Positions 38,386 to 50,399 of a stretch of DNA of 64,000 nt are shown piece by piece. Origin of the DNA: Epiperipatus broadwayi. Lineage: Eukaryota; Animalia; Onychophora. Every line of letters starts with the position of its first letter. Position 1 is the first letter of the stretch. The stretch is from NCBI GenBank assembly GCA_028023455.1, contig JAQFVV010000009.1, forward strand, positions 2,418,001 to 2,482,000, given 5' to 3'. The translations under genes were made by a program, and so were the position numbers. Under the pieces are notes generated by a model. The model saw only the letters and a list, made by a program, of their open reading frames with translations. It made no database searches and had not been told where the DNA came from.

Positions 38386-41245
38386 TGTGCCAGTCGGATT
38401 TGTATGTTCATGTAACAAGATCTAGCATCTAGGCAAATATACCTCGAATCCAATCATGCGCAAGATACACAGGTCAGAAACACTCATGAATTCTGCCCTA
38501 TTTGCCTATTTCCCAGATCTATAACCTTATGAGCAACAATCCCGATGACATCGATTAATTTACTTCTCACCCGCTGGCATCAATCATCGGAGACACAAAA
38601 AGACCCTAGGCTAAACTTATAGAATAACTTAATAGCTAGCTATATTTTATGAACAATGAAGGCTCATGACCTAGCATATTAATTATGTATTGAGCGGAGA
38701 TCATCTAGTCATATTTGAGCATAAATAATAACTTAATATTTTAATTTAACTAAAAGAAAGCAATGGTTCGAGTTTGATATATATATTTAAGATTTATTAA
38801 TAACAAAATTATGTCAGGTTATTTAGCCGACGTTAGCCTCATGAGTATTATATATATGTGTTTGATTCAGATTTAACGATAACATAAGATTTGCGGCTAT
38901 GCCAATAATATATATATATGTGATTTAATGAATTAGCGCTATTAGAATACATTACTGGAATAAGATTACACCCCCAGATATGAAAAGAGCATTTACTTAA
39001 TTTAAACAATAATTTCATAAGCAGATATTACATTTGGTTACATTCAATATTATGATTAATTTGAGTTATAGATAATTAATTGAGGATGGGTAATGAATAA
39101 TTATATAAATGATATTAAATCTATCGCATTAATACTTATATTAAACTAATGGAAATTTGTTTAAAGAAATCATTTCATTACAGCTTATGAATACTTCTGG
39201 GCGACTAATAAGACACTGAAAGGCAGTGCGTGCATGGCGGCTGATTGGGTTGGTCCAATTATGGATCCTGGAGTGTGCTTCATAAATTTTTAATAACGAA
39301 GTAGACCGATTTCCTCTGCAACGTAAGCAGGGTCGGTTTGACGAACGAGAGACGGTCGGCTATGTCTTTATCGGGCTGGATTTTCCAGAGCGATCCCCGT
39401 ATAAAGCATGCACATAAGACCAAGGATGTCCCCAGGGTGGTTTTACAGCCTGGTTCAAGGACATTGAGAACGACGATGGGGCCCGACTTCGCGGATGCCT
39501 CCATGTGAGAAAGAAGCACAAATATATATCTAAGAAATGGCCTTTATGCACGTAACACTTAATAATATAATATAAACAAAACTCTAAAGATTAAAGATTA
39601 TCGAACATATTTATTTCCCATAAATTATGAAATATTCGGCGTAATGATATGGCTTCACTAAGCAAACATGGGTAATAATTATACTTAAATATAAAACTAA
39701 GATCTCAAGACCCCCCTCCCCCTTACATTATGTTAATATTATTCATTACTTTTTACACATTTAATAAATCTCAATTTTGGTTAATCAATGCCCTTGTGAA
39801 AATATATAAATTATTACAAAATAAGTGGGTGGTGGTAATAGCTAAGATGGGTTTTACATATATAATATAATTTAAGAATAAAAGATAGCGCATTATTTAG
39901 GAAGGAGAATGTGAAAAACAGATGTCAATCTGTTTTTCTACAGTAAACATAAAAATATAATTAGTTTATTTATCTAAAATCACGAGCAGGGCAAGTCGAA
40001 TAAGACTTGTTTTGATCAAATTATAAATTATTTACCCAGTAAATGATGGGTGGGGAAACGAAAATGAGTTATATGCTTGCGATTTTAGAATACTATTGGC
40101 ATTTATTTTAAAATATACATACATAAATGTAAATGAAAATTGTTTGCCGCTTGGAATTAAAAGAAAAGGAAAAACATTTTATAGGAGGCTTAATATAGAT
40201 TAGTTATATAGAGTTATAGAATACATATTTGAAGACATGTAATATAGATGATTTAAAATATAAATATCACAGATAAGCGGTCAAAGTTCTTTTACCTTGC
40301 TTATTTGGAAGAGCGATTTCACTAGGAGTCAGTCCATCGATATTGTTTCACTAGATCTAGGGTAGCATTATTAATTTGAGAGATAGCATTTCACTTTCAC
40401 TGGAAAAATATACATAAAGTTCAGTAGTACGGGATGCAGAGCTTCGTTCATGGGAACAGCATAATAGAACGGAGGGACAAGGTGAAAATTTCCTACTCAC
40501 GACACATTGAGTGAGAATTAAAACTGGCATGGAATATGTATAGCAACTTAGTTATTTAATGGTCTCCTCCTTTTTGGATTCAAATCCAGCAGTATATATA
40601 CTTTTATTTTGAAGCTGTAACTTAGCAACTACTGCTGGACCTGAGGCGGTTTAAGCACTTAAGGTTTCTCTGGAATAGTTTGACCAGATACTCTTATCTA
40701 GTAAGATGTTTGAAACAATGCAAGTTTGTTATCAGTTTCTCAAACGATTGTTTTAAAATGAATCTTATGATTTTAAAACAAGCTAGCATGGACAATTTCC
40801 ACTAATGGGTTTATTTTATTATTACCAATTCGTAATCTTTTACTTTAATCTAAGGGATCTTCCGGGTAATTGTTTTTCGAGAGACTTCTTAACAAGATTG
40901 CATCACTTCTGGCTACAAAATTATATATGAAAAAAATAATAAGTTTCATATATAATACCTTATATATATAATATAACTATTAATTTATTCGCAATCTCCT
41001 ACACTGAAATATATAGATATTTATTATTTATGCCCATATATACATGAGAATATTATTAAATAAAATATTTTTAAATTAAAATACATACTTGTTAATGTGA
41101 TTTATGTTATAATACTAACCAAAAGAAATATATATATTATTAGCTATGTATATACGTGCGTAAAGTTGGGTTTGAATACAGTTAGGTTGTAGGAGATTGG
41201 ATGTGGGCTGTGAAGCAGGATCTGAGCATCAGATCATCTGCTTCA
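38386..41245 (-). mobile_element. 2860-bp TG...CA element with 4-bp TSD; putative giant solo LTR (copy E2)
   Basis: Starts TGTGCCAGTCGGATTTGTATGTTCATGTAACA (homologous to E1 start TGTAACAGTCAAGTTTGTACATTCGCGTAACA), ends ...ATCTGCTTCA; TSD ATAT (38382-38385, 41246-41249). Removing the element and one TSD restores a two-copy 26-bp tandem repeat. Confidence 0.8.
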
Positions 41246-41379
41246 ATATGAATTAATAAATGTTATATAAGATATGAAATAATAAGTGTTTAAATAAAAA
41301 ATATATAAAATGTATAAATAAAAAGAATGAATTGTAGTGATTATACATATAGTTTCTTTAAATAATATATAATAGAGGG

Positions 41380-43040
41380 AGATAGGGTATAGACATATAG
41401 GAGATAGTTTATTTGTAATCACTCAACTTATAAATATGAGTAGGAACACAGGTAAGATTTATATATGGTCTTTATAGATATACAGAAGGCATATGATAGA
41501 GAAATAGATTATGGATAAGTTTAGTAAATTTGGGAATGAATAGAGCTTTAGTGGATCTTATTAAAAGATTGTCTGAAAATAATTACTATACATATCAAAT
41601 AAAAAAGAAATGGGGTGGGACTAAGGCAAGAATGTCCTATGTCACCTATTTTGTTTTTGTTATATTTGAGAGAAATGGATAGGGCAATAGAAAGACTAGG
41701 AAGAGGGGTACTGATATCATTAATAGATGGCAAGGGAGTGTATACATCATCAGATCTTTTATTTGCTGATATATTTTCTTGACCATAGAAAATAGGGAAG
41801 ATATGGAAATTATGCCGAAGACTTGTGCAAGGGTGAGTAAAGAGATGGGGATCAAATTTAGCGAAGAAAAATCAAAAGTAATGATGATAAATGCTACGGA
41901 AAGAGAAGAGAAAGAATTTTTCTTGAGGGATATAAAGTTAAATATGGTGAATAGTATAACTATTTGAGAATCATCTTAAGTAATCAGAGGAATTGCTTGA
42001 ATGAATGGGGGGAAAATTGATAAATGAAGTAAAGAAAAAAAGGGATTGATAAAGAAATCAACATTGTTTCATATAATAAATATGATGTAGCAAGAATTGT
42101 ATGGGAGTGCAGTAGCAAGATTAATTTACGGTAATAATGCATTATGTGTTAGTAGAGGGATGTTAGATTACTTAGAAAAAGTAGAGAAGTAGGAAGACAT
42201 GTATTAAATGCAGATGTGTGGACAGCAAAGGAGGCAATTTAAGGATAAATGGGATGGTCAAGTTTTTATATGAAAGATGCATAAGCAAAATGAAAATGTT
42301 TGGTAGATTACAATTTATGGATAATAAGAGAGTAGCCAAAATAGTATTTAACTGGGTTATGAATAAAGGACAGACAACAAGATGGGTAAGGAAGGTAGTA
42401 TGGTATGCAGAAAATGTCAGTATACTTATACAAAAGGTGGGATAATTGTGTTAGGAGGATTGTTGAGTGTTATAGTGGCAAAGAGTGGGATAGAAAAATA
42501 GATATGTTAATGAAAAATAGAGAGCTGGAGAACTATATAAAAATAAACAGAATATTGGATGCAAGTTAATTTATGATAATAGCAAGGAAACTAGTTTACT
42601 GTTTAAGACTCAACAGGATTGATAGTAGCAAAGGAATATACACATAAATGGAGAGATGTGGGTGATTTAGTCTGCAACTTATGAAAATAAGGTATAGAAA
42701 ATATTGGGCATCTGCTAATTGAATGTAAATGCTTACAAGCAGAAAGGATACAAATAATGAAGTTGTGCATGAATAAATATAAGCTAAGTGTTTATATAGA
42801 AGTGGATTCTTGATCTTTATGTTGAGTTTGAAAAAAGATAAGGGGGATCTATGTATAAAGGCCATGGACTGGACAAAGTTGATGTGGATATGGGATGGAG
42901 CAGGATAGAGAAAAATAAGGGAAAAACTTAGGGTGGATAATGGAAAGAGAAAGGTGATAAACAGAGTTTTCTGGGCAAAATGACTGAGAGATTCCTGACT
43001 TTGATAAAAAAAAAGTAGCCATATCATATCACATCACATT
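41380..43040 (+). mobile_element. 5'-truncated degenerate LINE (RT, C-terminal CCHC-like motif, (ATCAC)n tail)
   Basis: FIDIQKAYD, GLRQECPMSPILF, LLFADI, GIKFSEEKSKVM and a C-terminal HLLIEC-like motif across frameshifts; 3' end shared with 2081-2514 and 37407-37490. Confidence 0.9.
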
Positions 43041-44250
43041 TAAAAATTTTAAAAAATGTTTTTTAAAGTTTTAAGAAATTAAAATAGGAATGGGTAGTAA
43101 AAAAGGGATTATAAAATTTATGATTTTTAGATGTTAAAAAAAAAGATGAATATAAAATATTATTAGTAATAAAAGAACGAATAAAAAAATAAGATATTAA
43201 ATGATTTAAAAATTAAAAAGAACATTCTTAGCAAATAAATTAAGGTTGAATTAAGAATTACTATACGTATATAAAATAATTAGATATTTTATTAATGTGG
43301 GGATAATAAAATTAAAGTTTAAACTTATAAGGAATAGAAATAATTTGAGGATTATTAAAAATAATAATAAAAAAAATCTAAATTAATAGTTGTTCATGAA
43401 TATATATATATTATAACATCAAAAAAAAAAAAGGATCAATAGAGATGACGAATCACTAGATATGATGCCAAAATAATAATACTATGGCCAAACGATAACG
43501 TCAGCTGTACAATCACTAAAATAAGAAATATTGGCTCAGCTCAGGGGAGTTACTAATGCCATATGCTATGATAACAACAATAAGGGTAAATAATAAATAA
43601 AGCAAAATACAATATTGAGTAAATTTAAAAGACTTCTTATACTCTTATAAATTATTACAGATCTTATTATCAGAAGCATACATCATTAAAGTGCTAAGAT
43701 ATATTTAAAACTCCACCTACAACACTTCTTCCAATCATAGCATATCTAACAATTATGGCAAGTATCCTACCAACATGGCCAAATTCTTTTCATAAAATAA
43801 AAGCATATTTTATGTTTTACCACGGTGATGCTTCTTTAAAAACAGTTTTTCTTTGAAATAAAATAATTTATTTAATATTCTCCTGTGAATTAATATCTCA
43901 GGGTTCTTTTAAATAACAGTTTAATTGATATAAGCTTTATTCTTTTCTTTAAAATTTAGGATTATTAAACAAAGAATGGGATCCTAGTAATTTCACAGCT
44001 AGATATATTCTTATTCTTAAGATATCTCCTCAAAATTACAATAACAATAATAATATTTAAATATAAGTATACTTTATATACCTGGAGTTTAGATGTAATA
44101 TAGGGAATGTGAACACAGACTTTCAAGCTCCCTTGATGACTGAAAAGTTGGAGGGTGAAGTAGATTGAAGCCTGTCCATTGAAGTTTGAAGATTTGCTAT
44201 TTTAATATAAACGAGTACTAATGATATATATGTGTGGGAGATGCTGAAAT

Positions 44251-44294
44251 AGACCTACTGATGAGTGCTGGTTCCACACGAATATGTATATTGG
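44251..44294 (+). ncRNA. Decayed hammerhead-like motif
   Basis: CCUA CUGAUGA GUG CUGGUUCCA CAC GAA UAUGU A UAUUGG: CUGAUGA and a 3-bp helix II present, GAAA and helix III altered. Confidence 0.35.
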
Positions 44295-47200
44295 AGATAA
44301 TTTATATTTTTCATATGTATGTGGTCACATGTCTGCTGTATGAAATAGAGCAGATATCTGAAGGAAACTTGAAAGTTTGTGTTCAATAATAATAATTTTA
44401 ATTATTTAAAATAAACATGATCCACTCTTAATTTGAAATAAAATAATTTACTAGCAAAGCCTTCAGATATATTAAGTGGATAAGAGATTTTATGGACACT
44501 CAGGATACCACTAATACATCCTGTAAAATTACTTTTAAGATTACATTAAGCAAGCTCATCATTTAAATTTATGATGAATAATCAAAACAATTTTCTAAAT
44601 GCAATAAACGTGTCAATACAAAATCAGTGAACTTTTAACACATAAAATTGCTTATAGTAATCTTTTAATAATGAACAAATAAAATAATTTGCTTTCTTTA
44701 CATCTGAAATGCAATTTTCATTAAGTAACTTTTATGTCAAATAAGATATGTTCATATACTCTCAATACATCCAATTAAAGATAAATTTATAATAAACTTT
44801 GTAATATTTAGATTTCTGAATAATATATGTGTGAATGTTAGTAAATAATCAAAAACAAAAATTAACGATAAAATAATATTTACTTTTGACAATAAAGACA
44901 CTTAGCATACAAAACTTTAATATCTATAATATTATCAAAGTAAATCATTTAAATATTTCATTATACAATCCACCATGAAGGTAAAATTATAATTATATGA
45001 TTTATGGATGAAGGGATAAAAATAAATATTAAATAAAACCATTATTAACTAAGTTCTCAATTTTACAGCACAACCATTTCATTATATTATCCTTTATGAA
45101 TGTATTTAATACTTTTCAAATATCTCTTACCAATGTAATGGTGAAATAACTGTTGAGATGTTTATTGATGCCAAAAATAAAATTTTAGTTTCTAAATTAA
45201 ATGCTTATCAGATTTATATCCTGAAATACTGGCAAAACCATAACAACAAGATCTGCACACGAAATCAATAACAACCTACACTCTGATTAACCAAAAGTGT
45301 AACTGAAAATTAGATGACATACATTAACATTGTAAAATATATTGATTGCCAGGATAAAGTCATGGCAATAAGATACACATGGCTTTACACAAAAGAAAAA
45401 TACATGATAAATAAATTCACATTTGGGATTATAAGGCAAAGCAAAAAGCAAGTGATGGCATCAACTCAAGGAACAAAGCTCCTATATCTGAGGGTAATTT
45501 ATAAGTTCGGATTCGTAATAAGAATACTAATATTTGCCTTAAATAAAGCATTTTATGCTTAAATAAAGCTTTTTATGCTTAAATATAAATATGAGACAGT
45601 GAATGATATAATTTACATAAATATTATTACATAAGAGAGATAAAGCTACTATCTCTGAAAACTTTGGCAAGATAGGAATATACATTATAAACAAGAGAGA
45701 CTAATGCAATAATTTCTTAAATAATATGACAACAAACTGATGTGTAGAGCTGATAATGTAAATAATTATTGCCAAATGTGGCCTATTAAATAAATTATGG
45801 CATAAGAATAAAATATACACGAGCTTCCATTATATTTATCATAAGCATATACATTCAAATAAATAACTTCATAAAAAGGAATTAAATAACTTTTTTAAAA
45901 GACAACATGATAAAATGGAAATATTCTGAAAACTTTTGGGCAAGTACATCTTATAAATAATTGATAAAATGATACCCAATAACAATGCATAAAATAAAAC
46001 AAAGAAAAATATATAGCATAATACAGCATCATAAATATTAAAACTTAAAACTATATCTGTTTTACCACATAAAAATAAAAAATTAAAGTCCTTCATCCTT
46101 GGTGTTTCAAACATTCAGCAAGATACAGTCTCAGTAAATGCCAATCTGAAAATGTTGAAGATTTCTCCATTTATTTAAATACAGTAAAATTCAAACTACA
46201 CATAAAGCATTTAAAAAACAAACATTAAGCAATAAATTTTCATGTAAATACTAGCATAAGAAAATATTTATGGCCATTTAACTTTCATGGAAAATATTTC
46301 AAAATAAACACAAATAGCAATGCATCTTTATATCTTTTAGAAAGCACATCTTGACAATGAAGTTTGAGGAATATTTATTCCTTTGAAAAATAATGTATTT
46401 CATAGTAGAGCAGATTCTTGAATAATAATAAGAAATGAGCTGACATTTACAATAAATCAGGATAAGTTTATAATATTGGAATGAGATTAATTCAGGAGCA
46501 TTCATGTTTTAAAATATATAATTCAAAGATAAATATTGTTCATTAAATATCCAGGAATATTATCTTTTAATTGCATAAAATAAATAAACTTCTATGAAAT
46601 AACAAAAGTCAACACTTTAATGTTATTAATTCAGGAGAATATGTTTTCTTACTTTTATTGAATTGAATGCAACAATGATATACAGAGAATGAACAACTTC
46701 CACTCTGCCTATACCAAAAATAATGTTGTTTTTAAATGTAATAAGATTTAAAAATAATTTATCTTGCAAAATAAATGAATATTAGTCTTTTAACTCAACA
46801 ATTATAAGTATAAAACATACATTAGATTAATTTTTATAAAATTATTCTTTCTTAATGTATACTTAAAATATATTTTAATGATTTTTTAAAAAAAATGTCA
46901 ATTGAGATTAAATTATTTCCATGTCAGAGTATAATTACATTTAATAAAAATACTGATAAATTCTTGCTAACAGAAGGCAAGTTCTGCAATCTAGAATTCA
47001 ATAATCTATCATTTCAAAATAATAAGTCCAGAGAAAATTTCCTTTCAAAGTGCAAATATTTAGCCTAAAAATATTTTTCTCTTAAACAAAAACTGCTTAC
47101 TCATATTTAAATAGTTTAAAGTTTTTAGCAATCTTGTTATTTCTGTATATAATAAATTCATTCATTTTTAGCAAGTAAATTAGAAACAATAAAAATTCTT

Positions 47201-48487
47201 ATACAACAATGCTGACTAATGCAGAAATTCCTCAAAGCATGTAGGTCACATAAGAATAATTTAATTATTATTAAATATTTTGTTGACTTTCTCATTGTAT
47301 TTCCTTGTAATAAAAAATTCAAGTTTTGGTAATTTCAGCTTAAATCTTCTGAGCAGCAACTCATATTTTACTTTTAAAAACAAACAAAAATTTATTAAAA
47401 GCAATTGAAACAATAAAATTTTAGCAATTAAATGAACAAGGAATTAACTGAAAAATAATTATGCATGAATGTTTATCACAAGTGTCTATTAACATCTTCA
47501 CTAGTTCAATTTATAAGCTGTCATGTGACTGATTTTTGAAGCCTGAAATTAATATTTACTCTACTCACTTTTGGTGTAATTATTATACTTTATAAATTGA
47601 TTAGTATTCTGAGATATATTACTAATAAATTAATCTAAATATTTATCTAAACTTTCATAAATTATTACAATTTTAAAATAAATTATTTAGAAAATTAATA
47701 ATGTATTACAATAACAATAAAACAAAATATTACATATTATATTATTTCAAATATAATATTACCTTACATTATTCTATTAAACACATTTATATTACATAAC
47801 TCACATTTATATTACATAACTAAGTTAAGCTTCCAGAATATTTTTTTTAAACAATACTTAAAAACAGATTTTTAAAAATAATTTTTAACATTAAACTAAC
47901 AAAGAACTTAAAAGAAAAATTTATATTTCATGCATAGCCACACACCAATGCATTCTTTTACTTGAAAATAACTAATAAAAATATTTTTTATCTTTTTCAA
48001 TTAACTAGTTTAAAAATTATTTATTTAAACTAATTTTTATCATAACTATCATTAAATAAAGGGTACTTCTTGTTAACTATTTAATAAAATGCACTTTTAT
48101 TAACAGATAATTTAAATATTAATAACTTAACATTAAAGATTTAAACTTATGACTTTTAACATACTAATAATTAATATTAAGGTGGTTTTACTCTTAATAT
48201 TTTTACAATTAAATCACTAATATTTCAAGGTAATGATAATATCCAAAACTATGCATTTTAAAATTGTACACAATTACACAGATTATTAAAATAACTCTTA
48301 AAGCTATTAAAAATTTGTGATAGTTATTATAAATTGGCTCAAATAATATATTAACGTGTAATTATCAAGCAAGAAGACTGTTGGCTTACTACAAAAATTA
48401 AACTATGGAATTTTTTTTAAAATACTGAACAACTATAACATTTAGCCATATGAATAAAGCTAAAGATCATAATATATATATACCCAT

Positions 48488-48808
48488 TCAGGAATATACA
48501 TACATAATTTATATTTATTTTATATTTCATGTTGTATATTTTATTTTATATTATCAGGATTATTTTATTTGGTTTTAACTATATATAATTTTAGTTTTAT
48601 TATAATTTATTTTATGTTGTTTTTCTTTTTTTGTGTTAATTTTATTGTTTACATTTTTTATGGTATTATTTATATAGTTATTTATTTTATTTTCATTATT
48701 TCATAGCTCTGAAGAAGACTGCAGGACAGTCAAAATGTAAGATTGTGTAACATATATACAATATTTTTTTTTGCTAAAAAGTGTTCAAAGTAAAATGGAT
48801 AAATTGCA
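48488..48808 (+). repeat. Inverted copy of 36756-37057 with hammerhead-like motif at 48701-48745
   Basis: CUGAAGA A GACUG CAGGA CAGUC AAAA UGUA AGAUUG; flanks align with the reverse complement of 36756-37057. Confidence 0.75.
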
Positions 48809-49333
48809 TTTATATAAAATATTATAGCAAAATAAAAGAAATGGTGGATTCAATTATATATTTTTTAAATATCCCCCCCCCCTATATTTCAACTATCTAG
48901 CAATCTTTTATTGGGCTTTCCTTTTTTCCAGCCAGACAAAATAAAAAACTCTAAAGAAGACTTCTAGATATTTGAAGCTTAAGCAGATAATAGTAAATAA
49001 AAAGCATTGATAAAAAAAAGTGTATACTGAATTTTTGTAAGTCTATTACTGTTTATTTAATGTGGCAAAATCATTTATCCAGGATAACTTGGATTACAAG
49101 AATGCTGAATAAACTCTATTATACTTATAATAAAAGTTAGCATAATGAAGAAATATATAAGATTTGTGTTTAGATTTTAAAATAATAATAAAAGTTCTAG
49201 AAAATTTTGTAATCTATTCCTTTTCTAATTAATATAAAGAAAAATAATTCATATACTTAAAATATGAAAAAATATTAAAAATTTTTTATGAGATACCTGT
49301 TATACAACTGTAGTTCTTTTCTTTTTCTTTTAG

Positions 49334-49620
49334 GTCTTCTACTAGGGAGTGGAACCCCTTTAGAATCTTGCCGTGTATCACCATTTGTAAGTATGGGACC
49401 GATCCGCATGCCATTCGATCGTCTACAACCATTTACAGCATTTGATCCATTTCTCCAGCCATATGCAACAGCAACCCCCACAATGCTCTTATATCCTGCT
49501 CCTCACTATGCTGTAAATTTAACTGCTTTAACAGAATCAGCTTATCGGACTAATAAAAATTCTAGTATAGCAGACTTGCGGTTAAAAGCTAAGAAACATG
49601 CAGCTGCCTTAGGCTTGTGA
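49334..49620 (+). CDS. Shox: Shox terminal coding exon with OAR (aristaless) domain
   Basis: Acceptor ctttttcttttAG(49333), phase 1 matches the previous donor. GLLLGSGTPLESCRVSPFVSMGPIRMPF aligns with SHOX [28 protein letters not shown]; ends [24 protein letters not shown](49620), the SHOX-type OAR motif. The ORF-track Met at 49288 is intronic. Confidence 0.96.
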
Positions 49621-49964
49621 CAATATTATTAAAGTTTAGTTGCTATCTTCAGAAAACAAAGATTACTACAAAGACATAATCTTGATTTCATATAAAATAG
49701 ACTTTTCTGATCCTAGAGATAGTGGACTCATGTTAAATCAAACCAAAAAATATATTTCATAAACCAGCATCATGACAAATCAATGTCTCAAAAATATTTA
49801 CAGATTATGATAAAAACTTCAATAGAGAATAATCATACAGCTCAAATCAGTATGAATGAAAAACATTTTAGTTCTAAAAATAATTCCTGATTTTGTGTGA
49901 ATGCATATATATATGTTACACAGTGCATATTAAAAATATATACACATACATGTGTATATATGTA

Positions 49965-49970
49965 AATAAA
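49965..49970 (+). promoter_or_regulatory. Candidate polyadenylation signal for Shox
   Basis: AATAAA about 345 nt after the stop codon; weak evidence in AT-rich DNA. Confidence 0.3.
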
Positions 49971-50399
49971 ATTCCAATTAATTAGATAAAATAAAATGTT
50001 TTTAAAATAAATTTTAACCAATAACATCTCTTATAAAAGTTTTTGCAGAAAAATATTTTTATCCTATTCATGACAATCCCATTACATATATATATATGTA
50101 CACACACAAAACAAATGTTTTAAATCAAAATAACAAGTAACTAGAATTTAATTTAATTGTAGATAAGTAATAAATCAGAGATGGCTTCATTTCTAAGCAT
50201 CCACAGATTTTACACTAAACCAATGAAGAGCATGGATGGTATGCTATTGTCTTCACATGAAGAACAATATATATATATATAGATGGCATAAATACTTCTT
50301 GAGTATCTTAAAACATATTTTGGATGTTGTGATAACAAACTTGATAACAACTCCTATGCAAATCTCAATATTAATTCAGATCCTTTAATTAAAAAACAA

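Noticed and set aside
38369-41275. 17-bp direct repeat AATGTTATATAAGATAT flanking E2, first read as a long TSD
   Set aside because: Explained as two units of a pre-existing 26-bp tandem repeat; the real TSD is the 4-bp ATAT.
45538-47821. 20-bp tandem doublets at 45538-45585 and 47782-47821
   Set aside because: Ordinary slippage duplications in AT-rich DNA.
49288-49333. N-terminal part of the 110-aa ORF in the ORF track
   Set aside because: It is the polypyrimidine tract and acceptor of intron 2, not coding sequence.
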